This document shows positions 1 to 9,849 of a DNA stretch of 59,406 nucleotides, in pieces (within the stretch, counting starts at the first letter, position 1; the number at the start of each line of letters is the position of its first letter). A model generated the notes under the pieces. That model did no database searches. It was not told where the DNA came from and saw only the letters and a program-made list of their open reading frames with translations. The position numbers were made by a program, and so were the translations under genes. The stretch covers positions 1-59,406 of the forward strand of contig CAYRVN010000002.1 of NCBI GenBank assembly GCA_964427675.1, given 5' to 3'. The DNA is from an uncultured Acidaminococcales bacterium (GTDB lineage Bacteria > Bacillota > Negativicutes > Acidaminococcales > Acidaminococcaceae).

Positions 1-2454
1 CAGCTTGATTTTATCACTGCCATTAAGGATAAATGCAACGTAAGTATTGGCATTGTTGGTGATTTGAAAAATGACGAATTGTATGGAGCTACACTAAACA
101 CAATTAGTGATTTAGTCGGAAGTGGCTTCGAATTGCATAAAGTTAATTCTTTAATTGACAGGAATGAAGAACTGCAGCACTTTTGTCTTTGTTGGAAAAA
201 TAGTGTTGCCGTTTTTGAGAAAGATGTAGAAAATATAAGGATTTTTGAAGCCGCTAGTATAGAAAATGAAATGAGAACAGTACTTGAAGATATTAAAAGA
301 AGAATTTCTGATGGTACCAATTATGCAGACCTGTTATTAGTTGTTCGTAAACTTGATTCCTATAATGGCTTGCGCAATTTATTTGATGAATATGGTATCC
401 CTACAACATTGCCCAAAATAACAAGTTTTTTGGCTCAACCAATTGTTGAACTGATTAACAGTCTTATGAATTTCGCAAAAAATGATTATGATGTTAATAT
501 TTTTTGCGATTTACTTTGTTGTAATTTTGCCAAGTTTCTTTATGATTTTGATGGTGAAAAAATTGTAGAACTGCGGACCCAACGTTATTTTTCAAATAGT
601 GAACAATTAAAAAAGTATTTGAACAGCAATGGTTATACAATTGAGGCCAATAATGATATTGGCAAATTACTGACTTGGGCCGCTAATTTTCCTGAATACG
701 CAAAAATTGGAGAATATTGTCGATTGCAGCGAGAAATAATTAAAGACTGGCATCTTGCTGAACGTTTTGGCCAATATTATAAGCAAGGATCTTTAACTCT
801 GGAGGAACTGAAGAATATACTTCTGACAGAAAAAATTTGTTATGAGGTATTGGATGAGATAGAAAAAGTTTATAAAGAAAGTAAAGCAGCAGAAAAAAAG
901 ATTCAACTTGATGATTTTATTAACATATGGCGAGAGATTGCATCAGAAAAGGATGTTATCTTAGAGAGCGGCAATACGCAAGGAATCTGTGTCCTTGAGG
1001 CTGCAAATGTGCAAGGAATTTATTACAAACATGTATATATCATGGGTCTTCGGGAAAGCGAGTTTCCTTCCCTTAAACAAGAAAACTGGTTATACAATGA
1101 TAATGAGAGAAATGAGCTTAAAATGCTCGGTATTGATTTAAAAAGCAGTGGCTCAGCACTGGTTGAAGATCAATTCTTCTTTGCTTCGTCAATTGCAGCA
1201 GCAACGCAAAGCCTTACGCTAAGTTATTATGTTGACGATGAAGCTGGTACTTCCGGCTATTTAAATGAACTTAAACAATATTACAAAGAAAATAGTTTGA
1301 AGGTTTTAACAAATATAAAGAATACTTTAGACTGCTGGTCAGAAGAGCAGTTTATTGAAAAACTTTGTGGCTTGCAGGCATTAGCTGAAAAAGAAAAAAA
1401 TTGGCTTAGTAAGCGAGTTGGAAAAGATTATGAATTCCGGCGTTCTTTAGACAAGGTGCGCTTTGTAAAAAATTCTCCATATCAAGGTTGTCTGGGAACT
1501 GAATTAAAGGAAAAAATCAGGACACGTATGGGTGAATATTATAGCCCATCAGCTCTTGAGGTTTATGCTGCTTGTCCTTTTAAGTTTCTGGTGAGCAGAG
1601 TTTGGCAAACTGACACTTGGCAGGAAGTAAGCGATGAAACAGAAGCTGTGGACCAAGGTGATTTATACCATGTTGTGTTAGCAAAGTTTTTCAACAAGTA
1701 TCTGGGCAAAAACATCAGTTCTGAAGAGGTCGGCATACTTGAAAATGACTTGCAAGACGCTTTTCATTCTGTATGTGAGGAATTTCTGCTTTTAGGCAAG
1801 CTGAAAAACACTGAATTTCTAGATGCTGAGCTGCAACAGATATGGACAAAATTACTGAGAGTTTTGAATGCTGAGATTGCTTATCAGAAAGACATTTGCA
1901 CTAGCAGAAGGAACTTGTTGCCTGCTTTTGTGGAATGGGGATTTGGTACCAATAAAACCGGGCATGCTTTTTGTCGCAAAATTGACGGCGTGAGTGCATA
2001 TTTTACAGGCCGCATAGATAGAATAGACGCCGACGAAGAAAATCTGTTCATCACAGATTATAAAAGAACAAACGGACCCGCTAAGAAAGATTTTGAGGCA
2101 GGCCTTGACTTGCAAATGCCTCTATATGTCTTGGCAACAGAAGAATTTTTTGCTCGCGATACCAGAAAGCTTCTGGGTGGCGGCTATTTTTCAATTGAAA
2201 ACGCACAAAGAAAGAACGGCTACTGGCGCAAGGAAGCGGAATTCTTGCCATGGCTGAAAAGAGGGAATGAGAACTGGCAAGAATTTTTGCAACAAGCTGA
2301 GGATAATCTGGCTAGCTGTGTTCAGGGCATAAGAGCTGCAAACTACTTCACAGAACCTAAAATGCAATGCCCGGCTTATTGCCCCGGGATAGATATTTGC
2401 CGCTATTCCCTTGTAAGTGAACTACAGGAAGAAGGAAGTGAAACTGATGAGTGA
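1..2454 (+). CDS. addB: ATP-dependent helicase/deoxyribonuclease subunit B (AddB), 5'-truncated by window edge
   Basis: Frame 1 is open from base 1, with no stop before the ORF-track start at 64. C-terminal RecB-type nuclease motif GRIDRID...ITDYKR. Cysteines AACPFKF plus terminal CPAYCPGIDIC. 8-nt overlap with addA. Confidence 0.85.
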   Translation, partial: QLDFITAIKDKCNVSIGIVGDLKNDELYGATLNTISDLVGSGFELHKVNSLIDRNEELQHFCLCWKNSVAVFEKDVENIRIFEAASIENEMRTVLEDIKRRISDGTNYADLLLVVRKLDSYNGLRNLFDEYGIPTTLPKITSFLAQPIVELINSLMNFAKNDYDVNIFCDLLCCNFAKFLYDFDGEKIVELRTQRYFSNSEQLKKYLNSNGYTIEANNDIGKLLTWAANFPEYAKIGEYCRLQREIIKDWHLAERFGQYYKQGSLTLEELKNILLTEKICYEVLDEIEKVYKESKAAEKKIQLDDFINIWREIASEKDVILESGNTQGICVLEAANVQGIYYKHVYIMGLRESEFPSLKQENWLYNDNERNELKMLGIDLKSSGSALVEDQFFFASSIAAATQSLTLSYYVDDEAGTSGYLNELKQYYKENSLKVLTNIKNTLDCWSEEQFIEKLCGLQALAEKEKNWLSKRVGKDYEFRRSLDKVRFVKNSPYQGCLGTELKEKIRTRMGEYYSPSALEVYAACPFKFLVSRVWQTDTWQEVSDETEAVDQGDLYHVVLAKFFNKYLGKNISSEEVGILENDLQDAFHSVCEEFLLLGKLKNTEFLDAELQQIWTKLLRVLNAEIAYQKDICTSRRNLLPAFVEWGFGTNKTGHAFCRKIDGVSAYFTGRIDRIDADEENLFITDYKRTNGPAKKDFEAGLDLQMPLYVLATEEFFARDTRKLLGGGYFSIENAQRKNGYWRKEAEFLPWLKRGNENWQEFLQQAEDNLASCVQGIRAANYFTEPKMQCPAYCPGIDICRYSLVSELQEEGSETDE

Positions 2455-5400
2455 TTTTACCCCTGAACAGAAATGTGCAATAGAGACAATTGAAAGCAAT
2501 ATATCAGTTTCAGCCGGCGCTGGTTCAGGTAAAACGCGCGTCTTGGTAGAACGTTTCGTTAATATCATTGCCAAGCAAAAAGCAGCCGCAGATGGGATCC
2601 TGGCAATTACCTTTACACGTAAAGCAGCAAAGGAAATGCGGGAAAGAGTGCGTGCAAAGCTGAATATTTTGATTAAGGATTCGATGGGTGACCGACTTTT
2701 CTGGCAGAAACAATTAATGCTATTAGATCGTGCCCAGATAAGTACAATTGATAGTTTTTGTAGTCGCCTACTGCGTGATAACCCGGTAGAAGCTCAGGTG
2801 GATCCAGCCTTTGTAACAACAGAAGAATTTGATTTAAACGATTTTTACTACGAAGAATCCTTGGCATACATGAAAAAACTTTTGCAAAATAAAGATTCTG
2901 CCTTCCAAAAGTTGTTAGACGAATATGGTCGTGCCAAGTTACAGGAAATGGTGAATTCTCTTATAGAAAATCTTCATTTGCTGATTGAGAAAAAAGATTT
3001 ATCGAAGCCATATATAGAAGCTTTGGGAGAAGAAATTGCTAAAACGCAAAAGCAGATACTGCTCAATATTGAATTATTGATGTCAATGCGTGAAACTATC
3101 AAGGGCAAACACCGTGAAGAATTAGATGCTATTGCTGCTAATCTTAAGATAGTTAAAGAAGCCGTTGAGACGTGTAATTTGGAAATATTAAATAGTTTCC
3201 TAATGAGTTTATCTGCTCGAAATAAGGCTGATGCTGATTTAGTAAAAGAGATAAGAGACTTAACCAGCAGGTTGCTGATGACACCGATAGACAAACGTGC
3301 CGTCGACCTGATTGCGAGTTGGCAGTCTTTTTTGCGAGGCCTTGATGAGCATTTTCGGGCAAAGAAAGTCGAAAGAAAAATATTGAGTTTTGCCGATGTT
3401 GAAGAAAAAGCTTTTCAATTATTGTTCAACAACAAAGATATTCTGGATAAGTGCAGAAATCGCTACAAGTATGTCATGGTAGATGAGTTCCAGGATACAA
3501 ATCTGCAGCAAAAAGAATTGGTTTATCTTCTGGCTGGCGGTGATAGCGGAAAATTGCTAGATAACAGGCTATTTGTCGTAGGCGATGCCAAACAATCTAT
3601 TTATCGCTTCCGCGGCGCTGAGGTAAGTGTTTTTGCAGATGTATGCAAAGATATAGAAAAAAATGGCGGCAAAAATGTTACGCTTGCGGATAATTTTCGC
3701 TCATCTCCGGAAATATTAGAAGTTTGCAACGAAGTTTTTAAGGATTTAATGGGGTATGATGAGAATAGTGCTATCGTATACGAAGAACTTAAGCCAAATA
3801 GAGAAACCCAAGCAAAGCCTAAATTTATTATTATTGCTGCAGAAAAAGATAGAAGAAAAGAAGCTAATAAAGCTGAAACATTTGTGGTGGCGGAAAATAT
3901 CAAAGAGTTAGCAGATAAAGACAATTTTAAATATGCAGATATTGCAATATTGCTGGCAAGTATAAATAGGGCCCAAAGTTTTGCTGCTGCTTTACGGGCT
4001 GCTGGTATTCCTTTTCATATAATTGATGGCAAGGGTTTCTTTGAAAAGCAAGAAATAATAGACTTAATTAATTTGCTGTTAGTTTTGGATAATAGCAGAA
4101 GAGATCTGGAACTGATTGGCATTTTGAGGTCACCATACTTTGCATTGAGTGATGAAACTATTACAGAGATATGCTTAGTAAGAGAGGATAATAGCTTATG
4201 GAGTGTTTTAAATGATGGTAATGCAACACTTGATTTACCATCAGAACAACAAGATTTACTCCAAAGGGCGAGTTATAAACTAAAAAAATTACAGGCTAAT
4301 GTGCAAACGTTACCTTTGCCTGACTTGTTAATTAGAATTTTTGACGAGCTTCAAATTGCACCCTTGTTGATTGGACAAGAATTTGGCAAGGAGAAACTCG
4401 CAAATGTTAAGAAGCTGCAACAAATGGCCACTGATTTTTGTATGAAACAAGGCGGGACTTTGCATACCTTTTTGCAGAGAGTAAAAAAGATGCGTGAAAC
4501 TGAAACACGCATAGAAGTTTCAGGCGGCGGTTTTGAGCAGAATTCTGTTACTATCATGACCATCCATAAGTCAAAAGGATTGGAATTCCCCGTTGTTTTT
4601 CTGCCGGCGTTACATGCAAGAGGTAGATATGATTCAAGCAGTATATGTTTTTTACCAGACTTTGGTTTGGGAATTAAAGTTCGTAATGAAAATGGTGAAC
4701 TTGTAGAAAGTTCTGTTTTTAAAGAAATAAAACAATATAATAGCGAAATGGAAGCTGCAGAGAAAAAAAGACAATTTTATGTAGCGATGACACGGGCTGA
4801 AAAACGTTTGGTAGTTTCAGGAGTCTCAGTAAATGAAGGCAGCAAAGCGCAAAAAACACGTGAAGAATGGTTGGATTCTTTAAAACGTATTCTAATTGCT
4901 GAAAAACAAGGAGAGCCTCTTGTTGATGTAGAAATTATTGAGGAAAATTCTGTCAGTCTGCAAGAAAATTCAGTTCCTGATGATAGGATTCAAGTTACGT
5001 CATTTGAGGAACGTGTTTATAAACAAATTCAACCTCTTGCTGGATTTGGTGTAAAAGATTTGTTTTTTTCTGCAACTTCGCTTTTTGAATATGAAACTTG
5101 TCCTCGAAGTTTCTTCTATCACTATATAGCTCAGTTGCCAGGAAGCGAAGATGTTTTATTTGAAAAGGGGCTTGCTAACTGTAAAGGTATTATACCTGCT
5201 AACACTTTTGGACTTGTAATTCATTCCATAATGGAGAATATCGAGCATTATGGTCTTGATGATGCACTAAATTACGCAATAGAAAAACATGTGCCTATAT
5301 ACATGCAGTCTCAAGCCAGGAAAGATGCAGGTGACATGCTTTCATCATATCTTGACAGCGAACTTTACCAGAGCATAAGTTCATTGGAGAAAAAAACCGA

Positions 5401-5803
5401 AGATAATTTTTACCTGCCATTGTTTGAAGACGATGGCAAAAAATTCTGGTTTACGGGCAGTATAGATTGTTTATATACTTATCCCGAAGGTGATCTTGGT
5501 ATTATAGATTACAAGACCGGTAAACCGCCGTTGAATGATGACGACGTAAAAGGTTATGCCGAGCAATTGGCTTTATATGTGTTGGCTGCTGAACGTTTGT
5601 ATAGAAAACCTGTCAGGACTGCCGCTCTTCATTTTATGCAAAACAATAGTAAGTGGGAATTGCCGATTAACAGAGAAGAGGCATTGAATCAAATAGTCAA
5701 AAAGTGTACAGCCATCAGCAACAAAAGAGAAGAGCAGGACTTTGAAGTCCTGCCCGAAAAATGTATATTCTGTAGCTATGCTTATTTATGCCCGCAAAAA
5801 TAA
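2447..5803 (+). CDS. addA: ATP-dependent helicase/nuclease subunit A (AddA, UvrD/PcrA-like helicase + RecB nuclease)
   Basis: Walker A SAGAGSGKT, DEFQDTN, VGDAKQSIYRFRGA, and C-terminal nuclease motif GSIDCLY...IIDYKTGK. Start moved to ATG 2447 (MSDFTPEQ), 8 nt behind GGAAGAAGGAAG. Confidence 0.9.
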   Translation: MSDFTPEQKCAIETIESNISVSAGAGSGKTRVLVERFVNIIAKQKAAADGILAITFTRKAAKEMRERVRAKLNILIKDSMGDRLFWQKQLMLLDRAQISTIDSFCSRLLRDNPVEAQVDPAFVTTEEFDLNDFYYEESLAYMKKLLQNKDSAFQKLLDEYGRAKLQEMVNSLIENLHLLIEKKDLSKPYIEALGEEIAKTQKQILLNIELLMSMRETIKGKHREELDAIAANLKIVKEAVETCNLEILNSFLMSLSARNKADADLVKEIRDLTSRLLMTPIDKRAVDLIASWQSFLRGLDEHFRAKKVERKILSFADVEEKAFQLLFNNKDILDKCRNRYKYVMVDEFQDTNLQQKELVYLLAGGDSGKLLDNRLFVVGDAKQSIYRFRGAEVSVFADVCKDIEKNGGKNVTLADNFRSSPEILEVCNEVFKDLMGYDENSAIVYEELKPNRETQAKPKFIIIAAEKDRRKEANKAETFVVAENIKELADKDNFKYADIAILLASINRAQSFAAALRAAGIPFHIIDGKGFFEKQEIIDLINLLLVLDNSRRDLELIGILRSPYFALSDETITEICLVREDNSLWSVLNDGNATLDLPSEQQDLLQRASYKLKKLQANVQTLPLPDLLIRIFDELQIAPLLIGQEFGKEKLANVKKLQQMATDFCMKQGGTLHTFLQRVKKMRETETRIEVSGGGFEQNSVTIMTIHKSKGLEFPVVFLPALHARGRYDSSSICFLPDFGLGIKVRNENGELVESSVFKEIKQYNSEMEAAEKKRQFYVAMTRAEKRLVVSGVSVNEGSKAQKTREEWLDSLKRILIAEKQGEPLVDVEIIEENSVSLQENSVPDDRIQVTSFEERVYKQIQPLAGFGVKDLFFSATSLFEYETCPRSFFYHYIAQLPGSEDVLFEKGLANCKGIIPANTFGLVIHSIMENIEHYGLDDALNYAIEKHVPIYMQSQARKDAGDMLSSYLDSELYQSISSLEKKTEDNFYLPLFEDDGKKFWFTGSIDCLYTYPEGDLGIIDYKTGKPPLNDDDVKGYAEQLALYVLAAERLYRKPVRTAALHFMQNNSKWELPINREEALNQIVKKCTAISNKREEQDFEVLPEKCIFCSYAYLCPQK

Positions 5804-6472
5804 TTAACTGAGTTCGATTGCAGTGCCAGGTTTAACAATCAGAACTTTGGCGGGCGTTTTTTGTTCAACTTCTTTTTTAAATTTTACCGGATCTTGAGCA
5901 ATTACCGGCCATGTGTTGTAATGTACAGGAATAACTTCTTTTGCTTTCAGCAGTTCAACTGCTTTGACGGCATCGGAGGGGCCCATTGTATAATTATCAC
6001 CAATAGGCAGCACTGCATAGTCTATATTTTCAAGCTCGCCTAAAAGCTGCATATCACCGAAAAGGCTTGTATCACCGGCAAAATATAGGGTTGTGCCGTG
6101 AAAATCTACAATAAAGCCACAGGCATGGCCGCCAGCTATACCAGAACCGTGGAAAGCGGGGGTAATCCTTACTTTACCAAAAGGGAATACATGGGTGCCG
6201 CCAATGTGCATTCCATGCGCTGCACAACCTTTTTCTGAGGCTAGATTTGCAACTTCTGCTGTTGAAATTATCATTGCTTTGTTTTTGTGAGCTATTTCAA
6301 TAGCACTTCCTAAATGGTCAGCATGCGCATGGGATACTAAAATATGAGAAACCTTGATGTCGGCAGGTTTTATTCCGTTCGGGTTGCCATCCAGGAAAGG
6401 GTCAAAAATAATAGCATCTTTTTCGCTTTCAAGGATAAAACATGCATGGTGGATATAATGAAACTTTTTCAT
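5804..6472 (-). CDS. Metal-dependent hydrolase, metallo-beta-lactamase fold (UPF0173/YtkL-like)
   Basis: HAHADH zinc-binding motif, about 220 aa, start MKKFHYIHHACF with upstream AAGGAG. Confidence 0.75.
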   Translation of the reverse strand: MKKFHYIHHACFILESEKDAIIFDPFLDGNPNGIKPADIKVSHILVSHAHADHLGSAIEIAHKNKAMIISTAEVANLASEKGCAAHGMHIGGTHVFPFGKVRITPAFHGSGIAGGHACGFIVDFHGTTLYFAGDTSLFGDMQLLGELENIDYAVLPIGDNYTMGPSDAVKAVELLKAKEVIPVHYNTWPVIAQDPVKFKKEVEQKTPAKVLIVKPGTAIELS

Positions 6473-6601
6473 TTTAAACCAACTCCTTCAAGCATCTTTA
6501 CTACCTGATATTATAAACGAAATCGACAGGTAAAGCTACTTAACATAAGGTTTTGAGCCTTTACAATCTAATGTAAATGAAGTAAAATTTTTTTAGTTTT
6601 A

Positions 6602-6631
6602 TTGTCAGAACCAGCAGTTGAAAAGTATAAT
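6602..6631 (+). promoter_or_regulatory. Putative sigma-A promoter of the symporter gene
   Basis: TTGTCA - 18 nt - TATAAT. It would give a very short leader before the GGGGTGA RBS. Confidence 0.35.
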
Positions 6632-6643
6632 AGGGGTGAACAA

Positions 6644-8071
6644 ATGAATATATATTTAATAAGCATCTTGGGATATGCGCTTTTGCTGATAGGGATAGGT
6701 TGGTTTATAGGAAAACATGTTAAGGAAGCTTCTGATTTCTTTGTTGGTAATCGTAAATTCAGCTGGCAGTTATTATTTACTACCTTGATTGCTGCCAATA
6801 TAGGTGCGGGATCAACTGTTGGGGTTACCGGCCTTGCTTTCAGACATGGCGTTTCCAGCTGGTGGTGGATTGGCTGTTCGGCTATTGGCTCTATATTCCT
6901 TGCTTATTTCGTAGGTCCTAAGGTGTGGGCCATTGCGAAAAAATATAATCTATATACTATGGGCGACTATCTTGATTTACGGTATGCGCACGCTTTTCGA
7001 GGTATCATATCCAGTATGATGGTTGTAGGAACATTAGCCTTGTTTTCCGGACAACTTATTGGAGTAGCCTGGATACTTGATGTTGTTGCCGGCATTGATA
7101 AACCATTGGGAACTATTATCGGCGCCCTAGTTGTTACTCTCTATTTTACAGCAGGAGGTGTATTATCTGCTGCTGTTGTTAACATAGTTGAAGTGGTAGT
7201 TATTTTTGCAGGTTTTTGCTTAGCAGCTCCTTATGCGCTTAGCGCGGTCGGCGGTTGGTCAGGTATGGAAGCTATGGTTGCGGCAAATTTCGCTGATCCC
7301 ACTAGAACTGCAGCATATTTTTCGTGGAATGGCATTGGTGACACCGTAATAATTGGCTATTTTCTCATGCTTGTGCCTGCTTTTTGCATATCACCGGGCT
7401 TAATAGGTAAAATTTATAGCGCAGAAAATTTAAGAGCTGTAAAGATAGGTACGATGCTTAATGCTTTGGTTCAATTTGGTTTCGCGTTTCTGCCTATGAT
7501 ATTGGGTATGTGTGCATTCGCTGCTTTCCCCGATTTAAAAAATTCGGAACTCGCACTACCTACAGCAATGAAAGAACTTATGCCTTTTGGAGTGGCAGCT
7601 TTGGCTTTAGCTGCTATTTTTGCCGCTGAAGTTAGTACTGCGGATGCTGTATTGTATATGCTATCATCTTCTATTTCGAATGATTTGTATAAAACCTTTG
7701 TCAGACCTGATATCTCTGACAAAGAACTCTTGAAATTCAGCAGGGCTACAACGTTAGTTTGCGGTCTTTTGGGCGTTTTGCTTGCTTTGTGGATGCCTAA
7801 CATTATTACAGCTTTGCAGATTTTCTATTCTTTGATGACTGTTTCAATGGGAGCTCCCTTTCTTGTTGGATTATTTTGTGACAAAGCTTCAACCAAGGGT
7901 GCCTTTACTTCGGCGATTGCAGGTGTAGCGACAACTTTAGTTTTACAATTTGCCAATGCTGGTAAAGGACTGTGGATTCTTAATGCGGCGTCAACAGGAA
8001 CTGTGGTAGCAGTACTAGTGATGTTTGCTAGTTTATACATATTCCCCAATAAAAAGACTTTACAACAATAG
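6644..8071 (+). CDS. Sodium:solute symporter family (SSF) transporter, substrate unknown
   Basis: About 13 hydrophobic segments. N-terminus and the GAGSTVG region are typical of PutP/PanF-type SSF proteins. Start moved to ATG 6644 behind AGGGGTGA. Confidence 0.75.
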   Translation: MNIYLISILGYALLLIGIGWFIGKHVKEASDFFVGNRKFSWQLLFTTLIAANIGAGSTVGVTGLAFRHGVSSWWWIGCSAIGSIFLAYFVGPKVWAIAKKYNLYTMGDYLDLRYAHAFRGIISSMMVVGTLALFSGQLIGVAWILDVVAGIDKPLGTIIGALVVTLYFTAGGVLSAAVVNIVEVVVIFAGFCLAAPYALSAVGGWSGMEAMVAANFADPTRTAAYFSWNGIGDTVIIGYFLMLVPAFCISPGLIGKIYSAENLRAVKIGTMLNALVQFGFAFLPMILGMCAFAAFPDLKNSELALPTAMKELMPFGVAALALAAIFAAEVSTADAVLYMLSSSISNDLYKTFVRPDISDKELLKFSRATTLVCGLLGVLLALWMPNIITALQIFYSLMTVSMGAPFLVGLFCDKASTKGAFTSAIAGVATTLVLQFANAGKGLWILNAASTGTVVAVLVMFASLYIFPNKKTLQQ

Positions 8072-8093
8072 ATTTAGCCGAGGGAGGATTATT

Positions 8094-8903
8094 ATGGAGA
8101 AATTTTGGAAGACAATAGCGGTTATTTCCATTGCGATGTTTTTTTCTGGAACAGTTCAGGCCTCAGAACAAAAAACAACTTCTACGGGTGAGCAAAAGAC
8201 TTCAATAATTGTTACAGAGCCAGCTAAGCAACAAGTTGCCAATCCGGCTACCCAAAGTAAGGAAAACAGTACTTTTGCTGGAACTGAAAAACAGGGAAAT
8301 TTGCAGGTAATAAAAAACAATCCGCAGAAGGTCAAGGCTATTGAAATCAAAGATCCTAAACCGGAGCGTAAGCTGCCTGCCAACTACAAAACTATTACGA
8401 TTACTGGCGAATCTAAAGCTACTGAAAACCAGGCAGTTGCCTTTCTCAAAAAGAATACCAAAAATATGAAATTGAAATTAACCCCTGAAGAGATTGTGCG
8501 TTACTATTATGAAGAAAGTGCCAGAGAAGGAGTTAGAGCGGACTTAGCTTTATGCCAGGCACTTTTAGAAACGGGTTACTTCAAGTTTGGCGGTACTGTT
8601 AAACCAGATCAAAATAATTTTTGTGGCTTAGGCACTACTGGTAAAACTGTTGCAGGGGCGACGTTCAAAACAGCTGAAATTGGCGTGCGGGCACATATCC
8701 AGCATTTATTGGCTTATTCCACTGAACGTGAACCAAAAACTAAAATTGTTGATCCGCGTTATGATTTAGTTCATAAGATGAGGAAAAAAAGCGGCTATTT
8801 AACTACATGGCATTCACTTAATGGTAATTGGGCTATGAGCAGCGAGTATAGCGAAAAGATTTTTGATTTGCATAGTAAAATGCTTACTATGCATCGAGAA
8901 TAA
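8094..8903 (+). CDS. Secreted cell-wall hydrolase with C-terminal N-acetylglucosaminidase (FlgJ/LytD-type) domain
   Basis: Signal peptide MEKFWKTIAVISIAMFFSGTVQA, a low-complexity linker, then LALCQALLETGYFKFGG...NNFCGLG...GVRAHIQHLLAY. Start at ATG 8094 behind GAGGGAGGA. Confidence 0.6.
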   Translation: MEKFWKTIAVISIAMFFSGTVQASEQKTTSTGEQKTSIIVTEPAKQQVANPATQSKENSTFAGTEKQGNLQVIKNNPQKVKAIEIKDPKPERKLPANYKTITITGESKATENQAVAFLKKNTKNMKLKLTPEEIVRYYYEESAREGVRADLALCQALLETGYFKFGGTVKPDQNNFCGLGTTGKTVAGATFKTAEIGVRAHIQHLLAYSTEREPKTKIVDPRYDLVHKMRKKSGYLTTWHSLNGNWAMSSEYSEKIFDLHSKMLTMHRE

Positions 8904-8936
8904 AAATTTATAACAAATATAATGATGTTTGATTTT

Positions 8937-8977
8937 AGTGCACAGCGGCAAAATATGGCTGTGCACTTTATCTTTTT
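8937..8977 (+). terminator. Intrinsic terminator
   Basis: Hairpin AGTGCACAGC / GCTGTGCACT followed by TTATCTTTTT. Confidence 0.6.
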
Positions 8978-9008
8978 ATGTTAAAATGAACACAAGAGGT
9001 GAAAGTTT

Positions 9009-9473
9009 ATGCATATTGTTTTAGTTGAGCCTGAAATACCAGGAAATACCGGTAATATTGCCAGGCTTTGCGCGGCTACAGGCTGCAAACTACATCTGGT
9101 CAGGCCATTAGGTTTTTCAGTTGATGATAAATATCTCAAGAGGGCTGGATTAGATTACTGGAATCTTGTTGATATCAGTTATTACGATTCTATTTATGAA
9201 GTCCTTGAGAAATTTAAAAATAACTCAAAATTTCTATTAACCACTAAAGCACATAAGAGATATACAGATGTAAAATATGATTCTGAGTCCTTATTGATTT
9301 TTGGCAAAGAAACAGCGGGTTTACCGGAAAAGTTACGTCTGAAATATCTTGATTCCTGCGTGAGAATACCTATGATAGCGGAAGCACGCTCGCTTAATTT
9401 GTCTAATTCTGTTGCTATCGTGGCCTACGAGGCTTTACGTCAACAAGATGACTTTGCAGGGCTTACCGTTTAG
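9009..9473 (+). CDS. trmL: tRNA (cytidine/uridine-2'-O-)-methyltransferase TrmL (SpoU/SPOUT)
   Basis: MHIVLVEPEIPGNTGNIARLCAATGCKLHLVRPLGF...RAGLDYW closely resembles E. coli TrmL. Confidence 0.8.
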   Translation: MHIVLVEPEIPGNTGNIARLCAATGCKLHLVRPLGFSVDDKYLKRAGLDYWNLVDISYYDSIYEVLEKFKNNSKFLLTTKAHKRYTDVKYDSESLLIFGKETAGLPEKLRLKYLDSCVRIPMIAEARSLNLSNSVAIVAYEALRQQDDFAGLTV

Positions 9474-9491
9474 ACGAGGAGGGGCAAGAAT

Positions 9492-9845
9492 ATGATTCTT
9501 ATTAAAGAATTTGAATTTGATGCAGCACATTTTTTGCCGGAATATAATGGCAAATGTGAAAAGTTGCATGGGCATACTTATAAATTGGTTGTCAAAATTG
9601 ACGGCTTGCCGGATAAGGAAGGCATGGTAATTGATTTTGTGCGACTGAAAGAAATCGTTAAGGAAGCTGTTCTTAATAAGTTAGATCACTCCTGCATAAA
9701 TGACATATTACCGCAGCCCTCTGCGGAGAATATAGCCGTGTGGGTGTGGAATCAGTTAAAACCAATTTTGCATTCCGATAATTATGATTTGTATGAAATA
9801 GAGGTTTGGGAAACTAAAACCAGCGGAATAGCATACAGGGGGTAG
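9492..9845 (+). CDS. queD: 6-carboxytetrahydropterin / 6-pyruvoyltetrahydropterin synthase family protein (QueD/PTPS)
   Basis: FEFDAAHFLP...GKCEKLHGHTYKL active-site block, 117 aa. Confidence 0.8.
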   Translation: MILIKEFEFDAAHFLPEYNGKCEKLHGHTYKLVVKIDGLPDKEGMVIDFVRLKEIVKEAVLNKLDHSCINDILPQPSAENIAVWVWNQLKPILHSDNYDLYEIEVWETKTSGIAYRG

Positions 9846-9849
9846 CCAA

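Noticed and set aside
2417-2446. ORF-track N-terminal extensions of addA. Analogous cases are 6602, 8025, 10611, 23186, 24427, 25323, 25882, 28840, 32961, 38624, 40688, 42588, 43231, 45160, 46368 and 56446.
   Set aside because: Downstream ATG or GTG codons have proper Shine-Dalgarno spacing and give N-termini that match the known families. In two cases (24427 and 38624) the extension contains the promoter itself.
8904-9491. A search for a THF, preQ1 or other pterin-related riboswitch upstream of trmL/queD/folE2.
   Set aside because: The leaders are short: about 30 nt before trmL after the terminator and 18 nt before queD. They show no matching conserved motif. Only an extended -10-like TGTTAAAAT was seen.
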